Positions 50,214 through 58,171 of a stretch of DNA of 64,000 nt are shown one piece after another. The stretch lies in IMG/VR virus record IMGVR_UViG_3300021093_000007. The stretch is one strand, 5' to 3'. The notes beneath the pieces are model-generated. The model was given only the letters and a program-made list of their open reading frames with translations. It was not told the DNA's origin and ran no database searches. This DNA is from a virus. The translations under genes and the position numbers were made by a program. Positions within the stretch are counted from its first letter, which is position 1; the number at the start of each line of letters is the position of its first letter.

Positions 50214-51017
50214 ATGATTGATCCGTTAAAAAAATTAGATAACTTTCCACATATTTACTATGTAAATTTGGACAATAGAACTGATCGTAAACAATATATG
50301 GAAGACCAGTTTGATTATTGGAGATTGAACTTTACAAGGATATCCGCATCCAAGTTTTTAGCTTCTGAATTGGATCAATGGGGTTCACATTATGTTGTTG
50401 GTAAGGTAACTGGTATTCCAGCGTATGCTCTTGGCAATGCAATTACTCATCTTGAGTTTATGAAAAAATGGATAAACACCAGAGATGATGATTATCTGTT
50501 ATTAATGGAAGATGATTATGATTTAAATTTGTTGGAGTATTGGAATTTTAATTGGAATTATTTGATGAGTAGACTTCCTTATGATTGGGATTGTATACAA
50601 CTTGGATTTGAATCTGAAGAATTTATTCCTTTCTTTTTACACCCAAAATTGAGGCATAGTTACTTTGGTCCAGTAATGATGACAAGAGACTATGTTGAAA
50701 AAATATTAGATCTGCATTGTTATGGTGAAAAATATAGATTCGATAAAACAATCGCACTTAACAAATTTAATAAAAGTTCTACAACTGTGGATTACTTTAT
50801 TGGACATACGGGTAGAACTTATTCAATACCATTGATAACCACAAATATAATTTCAACAAGCACAGAGTTTGGAATAGAAATTAATAGAATACATCACAAA
50901 AAATCTAGATGTGCATATTATTATTGGTGGATGAAGGAGCATTTAAAATTTACTTTAGACGACTTCTTCACTTATGGAAAAGAAAATGATCACAAAATGG
51001 TTTTAACTACGAGTTAA
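50214..51017 (+). CDS. glycosyltransferase family 25-like (copy 5)
   Basis: YYVNLDNRTDR, RISA, THL, LMEDDYDL, LPYDWDCIQL. Confidence 0.78.
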   Translation: MIDPLKKLDNFPHIYYVNLDNRTDRKQYMEDQFDYWRLNFTRISASKFLASELDQWGSHYVVGKVTGIPAYALGNAITHLEFMKKWINTRDDDYLLLMEDDYDLNLLEYWNFNWNYLMSRLPYDWDCIQLGFESEEFIPFFLHPKLRHSYFGPVMMTRDYVEKILDLHCYGEKYRFDKTIALNKFNKSSTTVDYFIGHTGRTYSIPLITTNIISTSTEFGIEINRIHHKKSRCAYYYWWMKEHLKFTLDDFFTYGKENDHKMVLTTS

Positions 51018-51019
51018 TT

Positions 51020-51985
51020 ATGTACGCAAAAAATGAATGGGATAAACTAAAAAAAGTTATTGTTGGTGTCGCGGACCATGCAACGATTCCACCAATGGAT
51101 AAGAGTCTAAGAACAATTAATTATGCGGGAATTCAAGATGTCTCGGATGTAAAATCTGGTTTATATCCCCAACAAGTTATTGATGAAGCAAATGAGGATC
51201 TTGATACCTTCTGTAATTTTTTACAAGGAGAAGGTGTGGAAGTTTTAAGACCTAAAAGAGAACTGACAAAGTATTATAATTATTGTCCAAGAGATTCTGT
51301 ATTTGTTCATGGTGAATTGTCTTTGGCGACTCCGCAACCATTAAGGGCAAGACGGGGCAACTGGAGATCATTTGCTCATCATATACCAGACACTATAGAA
51401 GTTCCTTGTTCTTATCATGAGGATTTGTATGATGAATCTTGTATTGGTGATCCAGATATTTTAGCTCTAACTGAATTGACTCCAGCATTTGATGCTGCTA
51501 ATGCTATAAGAGCAAACGAAGAGGTTTTATATTTGGTATCAAACAGTGGTAATGTTGCAGGTGCAACGATACTTCAAAATTATCTAGGGTCTTCGGCAAC
51601 AGTGAGAATTGTAAAAGACATTTATACTTTTGTTCATATTGATACTACGATTGCATTTTTAAGAGAAGGTTTGTTGATGGTAAATCCAACAAGAGTGAAG
51701 GATAAAGAGATGCTCCCATATCCATTCAATACTTGGGATATTATTAATGCACCAGATCCAGTGGACATTGGTTATTATCCAGGTTATAATAATGCTTCAG
51801 AGTGGTGTAACATGAATTTGTTCAGTGTTTCTCCAAATCTAGTTGCCCTTGAAGAACATCAACATCCAACTAGAAAAATTTTAGAAACATATGGCATTGA
51901 ATGTGCAATGCTTCCAATGAGGCATCAAAGAACTCTTAGTGGTGGATTTCACTGTGTAACTTTAGATTTAAAAAGAGAAGCATGA
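51020..51985 (+). CDS. amidinotransferase (glycine / inosamine-phosphate amidinotransferase family)
   Basis: NEWDKLKKVIVG, YCPRDS, FDAAN, HIDTT, LSGGFHCVTLD (catalytic Asp/His/Cys). Confidence 0.9.
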   Translation: MYAKNEWDKLKKVIVGVADHATIPPMDKSLRTINYAGIQDVSDVKSGLYPQQVIDEANEDLDTFCNFLQGEGVEVLRPKRELTKYYNYCPRDSVFVHGELSLATPQPLRARRGNWRSFAHHIPDTIEVPCSYHEDLYDESCIGDPDILALTELTPAFDAANAIRANEEVLYLVSNSGNVAGATILQNYLGSSATVRIVKDIYTFVHIDTTIAFLREGLLMVNPTRVKDKEMLPYPFNTWDIINAPDPVDIGYYPGYNNASEWCNMNLFSVSPNLVALEEHQHPTRKILETYGIECAMLPMRHQRTLSGGFHCVTLDLKREA

Positions 51986-53208
51986 ACATTGGATTTATTG
52001 GACTTGGTAAATTGGGTCTCCCATGTGCGTCAGAGATTGCTGCTAAAAATCATAATGTTTATGGGTATGATGTTGAAGTAAGAAAAAGTAATACCTTTAC
52101 AATTTGCTCTACAATAGAAGAAGTTGTAAAAAAGAGTAGGATTATTTTCATTGCTGTTCCAACTCCCCATGATCCAGACTATGATGGAAGTTCTCCATCT
52201 ATGCATTTAGAACCAAAAGATTTTGATTATTCGATTGTCAAAGATTGCCTTACACAAGTAAATTCGGTAGCAAACGGTCAATTAGTTGTTTTGATTTCTA
52301 CTGTTCTTCCTGGTACAACACGAGAACAGTTTAAACCCCTAATGACAAATGCAAGATTTGTCTATAATCCATATCTAATTGCTATGGGCACAGTTGGATG
52401 GGATATGGTCAATCCCGAAATGGTTATGATTGGAACAGAAGATGGTACAACAACTGGTGATGCAAATGAATTGATCAACTTCTACAAAACCATCATGGAA
52501 AACTCACCAAAGTATTTTGTTGGGACTTGGGATGAGTGTGAGTGTATAAAGGTTTTTTATAATACTTTTATTAGCACTAAGATTGGATTTGTGAATATGA
52601 TTCAAGATGTTGCAATGCGTCAGGGCAATATCAATGTAGATGTAGTTACAAACGCTCTTTGCTCTGCTAACACCCGAATTATTAATTCATCTTACATGAC
52701 TGCTGGTATGGGTGACGGGGGTGCTTGTCATCCAAGAGATAATATTGCACTCAGGTATTTGTCTAAAAAATTAGATCTTGGTTATGATATTTTTGAATCT
52801 GTTATGGGATCCAGAGAAGGTCAAGCTAAGAATCTAGCAAAATATTTGGTAGAATTATCTGAGAAGAATAATCTACCAATTATTATTCATGGTAAGTCAT
52901 ACAAACCAAGAGTGTCTCATCTTGATGGAAGTTACAGTTTATTGGTGGGGTATTATTGTTTGGAGTATGGTAGGACTGTAACTTATGTGGATAGTTGCAC
53001 TGGAGATAATTATCAACCAGAATCTCCAGCAGTATTTTTGTTAGCACATAGCGCAACGACTACTTATAAGTATTGGGATGCTCCAGAAAGTGATGAGTTA
53101 TATTGCAGCATACCTAAGGGGAGTATTGTTGTTGATCCTTGGAGGAAATTTAAATCAGATCATTTAAAAGTTATACACTACGGAAATACAAGAAATGTTA
53201 CATGCTAA
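51982..53208 (+). CDS. UDP-glucose/GDP-mannose dehydrogenase family protein
   Basis: IGLGKLG, IAVPTP, STVLPGTT, IKVFYNTF, GDGGACHPRD. Confidence 0.92.
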   Translation: MNIGFIGLGKLGLPCASEIAAKNHNVYGYDVEVRKSNTFTICSTIEEVVKKSRIIFIAVPTPHDPDYDGSSPSMHLEPKDFDYSIVKDCLTQVNSVANGQLVVLISTVLPGTTREQFKPLMTNARFVYNPYLIAMGTVGWDMVNPEMVMIGTEDGTTTGDANELINFYKTIMENSPKYFVGTWDECECIKVFYNTFISTKIGFVNMIQDVAMRQGNINVDVVTNALCSANTRIINSSYMTAGMGDGGACHPRDNIALRYLSKKLDLGYDIFESVMGSREGQAKNLAKYLVELSEKNNLPIIIHGKSYKPRVSHLDGSYSLLVGYYCLEYGRTVTYVDSCTGDNYQPESPAVFLLAHSATTTYKYWDAPESDELYCSIPKGSIVVDPWRKFKSDHLKVIHYGNTRNVTC

Positions 53209-53737
53209 AACTTTATTCAGTATAACTATTTTAAAATATTCTGTTCCAAACTGGCAGGATAAAAAAATAAAGTTACTGGATTTGATTGATAATAAATCAA
53301 ATCTATTACTTGATGAGTGTCAAACTGATTATTTTAGTTCTTCTGGTAGAGCTTCTTATTTTGATGAGTGGTATTCTATTTTGGGTGAAGACATTCAGAA
53401 TTGTTTAAATAGAATAAACTTACCGTTCTCTTCTCCTGAAGACTGGCAACTTTGGTCTCAAAAATATTATTTTGGAGAATATCATTCAGTACATACCCAT
53501 GGGTTGGGTAATTTATCTGCAGTTTTATATGTTGAATTTGATCCAGATGAACATGTTTCAACACGATTTTATTCTCCGTTTGCCGATCCTTTTTTTGGTA
53601 GTCTTGAAAGTCAAACATTGACAGATATTCAGGAAGGTGATATTATATTCTTTCCTGCCATGTTAATGCATGAATCGCCACCCCAAAAATCTGAAAAGGT
53701 CAGAACAGTTATGTCTTTTAATATTCCAATAAAATAA
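53195..53737 (+). CDS. putative 2OG-Fe(II) oxygenase
   Basis: YHSVHTH...SAVLY...FFPAMLMHES...RTVMSFN. Confidence 0.8.
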   Translation: MLHAKTLFSITILKYSVPNWQDKKIKLLDLIDNKSNLLLDECQTDYFSSSGRASYFDEWYSILGEDIQNCLNRINLPFSSPEDWQLWSQKYYFGEYHSVHTHGLGNLSAVLYVEFDPDEHVSTRFYSPFADPFFGSLESQTLTDIQEGDIIFFPAMLMHESPPQKSEKVRTVMSFNIPIK

Positions 53738-53741
53738 CCTA

Positions 53742-54215
53742 ATGACAATTACAATTTCAAAAAAAGAAAACACTGATGGTTCTCTTGAATTTACTATGAC
53801 CGAAAATAAAGTTATTGATAGTAATAAGTATATTGATTTTGTTCGCCAAACTACCAGTCCTGCTAGTAGCGAACTATCTAATCTTTTGTCTCGTCTTACA
53901 GAACTTGAGGCATCAACAGATGCAGATGTTCCTCGTCTTTTGACCGCTGCTTTGGGTATGACTGCTGAAGCAGGTGAATTTACTGAGGTTGTTAAAAAAA
54001 TCTTCCTTCAAGGCAAATCATATAATGATGAAAATGCATTTCACCTAAAGAGAGAACTTGGTGATATTTGTTGGTATATTGCTCAAGCATGTATGGCACT
54101 GGGAACCAACTTTGAGGAAATTCTTCAAATGAACTATGAAAAATTGAGTGCTCGTTATCCTGAAGGTGCATTTGATGTATATCGTTCAGAAAATAGAGTA
54201 AAAGGAGATCTATGA
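53742..54215 (+). CDS. mazG: MazG-like NTP pyrophosphohydrolase
   Basis: LLTAALGMTAEAGEFTEVVKK, KRELGDICWY, NYEKLSARYP. Confidence 0.94.
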   Translation: MTITISKKENTDGSLEFTMTENKVIDSNKYIDFVRQTTSPASSELSNLLSRLTELEASTDADVPRLLTAALGMTAEAGEFTEVVKKIFLQGKSYNDENAFHLKRELGDICWYIAQACMALGTNFEEILQMNYEKLSARYPEGAFDVYRSENRVKGDL

Positions 54216-55699
54216 TAACTAAGAGTATTTGTATTCTTGGTGGTGGGACGGCAGGGTTTATGTGCGCTGCAGTCCTTTCTCAGTATGTTAAAAACAATAA
54301 TGTTGATTTAAAAATTAAGTGTGTTTATTCTTCTAAAATTGGAATTATAGGAGTAGGAGAATCGACGCAACTTGCAATTAATGGCATCTTTCAATTTTTA
54401 AGACTATCTGATAAAAATTGGATGCCAAAATGTAATGCAACATATAAAACAAATGTTAGATTTGAAAATTGGGCAGAAGAACCTTACTACTATCCTTTTG
54501 GTGATATGACAGGTGAAGATGTATCTCAATTTTTGGTTATGATGGATTTGTTTCCAGAGGAAATTAAAAAAACTCAGTTTGCTAGACATGTTAGAGGAAG
54601 TTCTAGGTTTGCTGAGTTGAATAGATTGAGTGATGAAGGTTGGGATTTTAATGAACTTACTTCGTATCATTTTGATACTCATAAATTATCATCTCTTCTT
54701 TATGACATTGGTGTAAAAAATGGAGTTGAATATATTGATGATATCTACTTAGATTCATCTTTAAACAAAGATGGTGGGATTGATTTTATCACTTGCGAAG
54801 AAACAGGAAATCATGCTGCTGATTTGTTTATTGATTGTACTGGTTTTAAATCACTTCTTCTCGGACAAAAACTCAATGTCGAATATATTTCATATGCAGA
54901 TACTTTAATTAATGATAGAGTAATTAGTGCTAAAATTCCTTATGAAAATAAAGAAGAGCAGCTAAAAAGTTACACTAATAATGTTGCAATGGAAAATGGA
55001 TGGTGTTGGGAGATTCCATTATGGGATGGATTATCTGTTGGATATGTTCATAGCACCAAGTTTTCTACAGAAGAAGAAATATATAAAGAATTTGTAGATA
55101 GATATTCTGTAGAACCAAATGCACCAATTTATTTTAAGACAGGAAGATATAAAAATTCTTGGGTTAAAAACGTTGTTGCTGTTGGTCTTTCTTGGGGATT
55201 TATTGAACCATTAGAAGCAACTGGTCTTGCTTCAGTAGTTAATAATATTTTTAGATTGTTAGAAACATTATCAACAAATTTAGCAATTAATTCATTTGAT
55301 AAACATGCTTATAATCGTGCGTGTAATTTGGAATTGGATGGTTTAAAAACTTTTATTGATATGCACTATGCAGCAGTGCATAGAGAAGATACGGAATATT
55401 GGAATTATGTTACTAATGTTGTTGAGTATCCATGGGATCAACGAAACTGTGGAAGATCAATTGAATTGATTATGGGGGATAGAGATTTTTCCAATAGACA
55501 GATCAATGGTGGACTTCCATTTATTTTAGTAGGATCTGGATATGGACCTAATTCTCCTGGATTTATATCTTCTTTGGGTGATAAAAAACATTATGAAAGG
55601 TTTAAGGACGCTTGGTTGTCTTATGACTCAGAAATGACTGAGGTATTTTTAAACTTCCCAACAACTTTTGAATATACCAATAAGAAGTTGTATGAGTAA
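54212..55699 (+). CDS. flavin-dependent halogenase (tryptophan halogenase PrnA-like)
   Basis: GGGTAG, IGVGEST, ATYK, FIDCTGF, GWCWEIP (WxWxIP), FIEPLEATG. Confidence 0.9.
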   Translation: MITKSICILGGGTAGFMCAAVLSQYVKNNNVDLKIKCVYSSKIGIIGVGESTQLAINGIFQFLRLSDKNWMPKCNATYKTNVRFENWAEEPYYYPFGDMTGEDVSQFLVMMDLFPEEIKKTQFARHVRGSSRFAELNRLSDEGWDFNELTSYHFDTHKLSSLLYDIGVKNGVEYIDDIYLDSSLNKDGGIDFITCEETGNHAADLFIDCTGFKSLLLGQKLNVEYISYADTLINDRVISAKIPYENKEEQLKSYTNNVAMENGWCWEIPLWDGLSVGYVHSTKFSTEEEIYKEFVDRYSVEPNAPIYFKTGRYKNSWVKNVVAVGLSWGFIEPLEATGLASVVNNIFRLLETLSTNLAINSFDKHAYNRACNLELDGLKTFIDMHYAAVHREDTEYWNYVTNVVEYPWDQRNCGRSIELIMGDRDFSNRQINGGLPFILVGSGYGPNSPGFISSLGDKKHYERFKDAWLSYDSEMTEVFLNFPTTFEYTNKKLYE

Positions 55700-56324
55700 A
55701 TTTTTGTCCTATGAAAGTATCCATTCAAATCTGTCTTTGTTAAATGATAATTATGATAAAATTTTGGATGAATATAAATCTAATTTAAGCAAGTTAGAAT
55801 TTAGAGACTTTACTGAACAACAAAATAATTATATTAAAAAGCAAAATAGAGGGTATCCTATTGGATATTCCTCTTATTTTTCTGCAAATAAAAGAGATAC
55901 CTCTAAACCTGGATGGCATCTTGCCCCTCTTTTTGCAGAAAGAAATCCTATTCTTTTTAATACTTCACTGATGCCATTCTTAACAAATGTTTTGTTAGAA
56001 GTTGGATTAACTGATGCTTGTGCTATTAATGCGTTAGATCCTGGGCAATCTTTAAATTGGCACATTGATCAAGATTATATTCCAGGTGTTCAGTTACTTA
56101 GAATTATTTGGGGGTTGGATATTGACCCAAATGACCCAGAAGATGCTATAATACAAATAATGGATGAGGACGGGAAGATCGAAACAAGATCTTTTACCAA
56201 CAAATCATTCTACATATTTCATCCTATGTCTAAACATAGAGTTGAAAATAAAATGAAATCTTGCAGATCAGTTCTGTGTATAGACTATATCACAGATAAA
56301 AATTATTCTGTTGGATTTTTGTAA
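55692..56324 (+). CDS. aspartyl/asparaginyl beta-hydroxylase-like 2OG-Fe(II) oxygenase
   Basis: GWHLAPL, LDPGQSLNWHID, HRVEN...RSVLCID. Confidence 0.72.
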   Translation: MSKFLSYESIHSNLSLLNDNYDKILDEYKSNLSKLEFRDFTEQQNNYIKKQNRGYPIGYSSYFSANKRDTSKPGWHLAPLFAERNPILFNTSLMPFLTNVLLEVGLTDACAINALDPGQSLNWHIDQDYIPGVQLLRIIWGLDIDPNDPEDAIIQIMDEDGKIETRSFTNKSFYIFHPMSKHRVENKMKSCRSVLCIDYITDKNYSVGFL

Positions 56325-56325
56325 T

Positions 56326-56408
56326 GCCCAGTTGGCGGAATTGGTAGACGCGACAGGTTTAGGTCCTGTTATCTTTATGGTGTGTAGGTTCAAGTCCTAT
56401 ACTGGGTA
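56326..56408 (+). tRNA. trnL: tRNA-Leu (anticodon UAG)
   Basis: Acceptor GCCCAGT/ACTGGGT-A; D arm TGGCGGAATTGGTAGACGC; anticodon arm ACAGG-TTTAGGT-CCTGT; long variable arm; T arm GTAGG-TTCAAGT-CCTAT; no encoded CCA. Confidence 0.95.
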
Positions 56409-56434
56409 TCTAAATAAAAAAAACCATTATATAG

Positions 56435-57517
56435 ATGGCACAAAGTAATCCTGGTAATTATACTGCAGATACAATATATCGTCTTTTAAATGAAAAAATC
56501 TCTGATGGTAAAATAAAACTTGTAAAAGACCAATTCCCTACTTTAAAAAATTCTGTAGAGTACGCCAGAATTTTAGTGAGATCTGATAATCGAGTATCAA
56601 CTTTTGAACTAGTTGACGAAGTTTTAAATGATCTTAATATTCCCTTTCGTGAAGATCGAATACGTGGGTCAACATTTAAAGCAATTGTGATTGATAATTA
56701 TTATAAAATTGGCAAGAAAGAAAAAGGCATTAGAATATTTTTTAAATATGCTAATGGTAGAGACTTTATAAACACTTTTATTTGGAACAGTTTACTTCAA
56801 GAAGTTTTTAAAAACCATCCAAGTTTAAAGAGAACTCCTAGAGATAGAACAGAAGTTGATGTTTTAAAAGTTCTTAATGAAAAGATCCAGGAACTTGGCA
56901 ATAATATGCCAGTTACTTTACGTATTAGAAATAAGTATTATTTTAACGTTGCTGGATTTGTTGGTGGAATAGGAACCAGGAAAGCCGACTTTGTAATTGT
57001 GGATTATAGTGGAAATGAGATAGGATTTTTATCTTATAAAAAGGGAGATACTGCCACAGACTTCCAACAGTATGGTGGAATAACAGAACGTGCAGGAACT
57101 GATATAGTCAATCATTCTGAAGTTGAGGATTTTAAAGAAGTCGTTGTCGATAACTGGGACACTTATAAAAAAGATTATGCTTCTGTCTGGAGAGAGATTC
57201 AAGATAATAATTTAAAAAAACAATCTGTATTTGGTAAAGATTTTTCTAGATCATCGGGACATGATAGTGTAGACTTTTTTGTTCAGGGTAGACCAAACTT
57301 TACATTTAATGGTAAAATTGTAAGTTTACGATTTACTACTAAAACAGTTAGAAAAGGTAATCTTACCTCTCTACAAGGTGATTATGAACCAGTTCTTGGT
57401 GCTCGTGGCGGAGAAAGATCGCGTAGAATTAAGATAAAAACAAGGTCTATATATGGTGTGCGTGGCGGTATTTGGACTCGCGGATACATCACAAAACGTA
57501 GAGACAAGGAAATTTGA
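56435..57517 (+). CDS. hypothetical protein, possible PD-(D/E)XK-variant nuclease
   Basis: KADFVIV...FLSYKKG...FQQYGGIT; basic C-terminus; TAAATA 56411-16 upstream. Confidence 0.5.
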   Translation: MAQSNPGNYTADTIYRLLNEKISDGKIKLVKDQFPTLKNSVEYARILVRSDNRVSTFELVDEVLNDLNIPFREDRIRGSTFKAIVIDNYYKIGKKEKGIRIFFKYANGRDFINTFIWNSLLQEVFKNHPSLKRTPRDRTEVDVLKVLNEKIQELGNNMPVTLRIRNKYYFNVAGFVGGIGTRKADFVIVDYSGNEIGFLSYKKGDTATDFQQYGGITERAGTDIVNHSEVEDFKEVVVDNWDTYKKDYASVWREIQDNNLKKQSVFGKDFSRSSGHDSVDFFVQGRPNFTFNGKIVSLRFTTKTVRKGNLTSLQGDYEPVLGARGGERSRRIKIKTRSIYGVRGGIWTRGYITKRRDKEI

Positions 57518-57547
57518 TTTAATAAATATTTGTATATCAAAACAATT

Positions 57548-58159
57548 ATGAAAACATACTCTCAGTTTGTAAAAGAGTCTAAGTCTCTTGCCTCTATTCA
57601 TGGCAGGAGATTGGGTCTTGTGCCAGATGGGCATGGTGGTTATCATGATAAAAATACTGGAGAATTTGTCGCTAAAAACGTTGCTGGACGATTAAAGTTT
57701 TATAATCAAAATCAAATTGTTGGTGGTCAAGACCCCGCTCAAGTTAGAACAGCAGCAAATCAACGACCAGTTGCCACACAAAATCCAAGTTTTAGGAAGA
57801 AGAACACTGTCAAAATTAATCCCACAGAATCTATTGATAGGGATCAAGAACGTAAACTTAGAGAGCAGTATATTGCTGGAGAAATTTTTAGAGAAGATAC
57901 ATTTGTCCAGAATATAAAAACTGGAATGATTGGTAAAATTGTTCGGAGAGGAACCAATCATTTAATCTGTGTTACTGAAGATGAGCAAATGTTTAAGTCT
58001 TGGATTCGGGATGTAAAAGAATGGACTGAAGTATCTGGAGTTCCTGCAACTCAGAGAGAAGTTGGAACGGATGCCTTTAGAGAATATGTTATGAGAATGT
58101 CCAATACAAAGAAAATTAGAAATTTCATAAATAAGTATAAGGTAAAAAATAAGCAGTAA
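57548..58159 (+). CDS. hypothetical protein matching the N- and C-terminal parts of the cyanophage 'cytidyltransferase' but lacking its catalytic domain
   Basis: LGLVPDGHGGY..GEFVAK...LKFYN joined via a short linker to LREQYIAGEIF...IVRRGTNHLICVTED..MFKSWI; no GRFNPPTxGH motif; TAAATA 57523-28. Confidence 0.55.
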   Translation: MKTYSQFVKESKSLASIHGRRLGLVPDGHGGYHDKNTGEFVAKNVAGRLKFYNQNQIVGGQDPAQVRTAANQRPVATQNPSFRKKNTVKINPTESIDRDQERKLREQYIAGEIFREDTFVQNIKTGMIGKIVRRGTNHLICVTEDEQMFKSWIRDVKEWTEVSGVPATQREVGTDAFREYVMRMSNTKKIRNFINKYKVKNKQ

Positions 58160-58171
58160 CTAATTAGAGTA

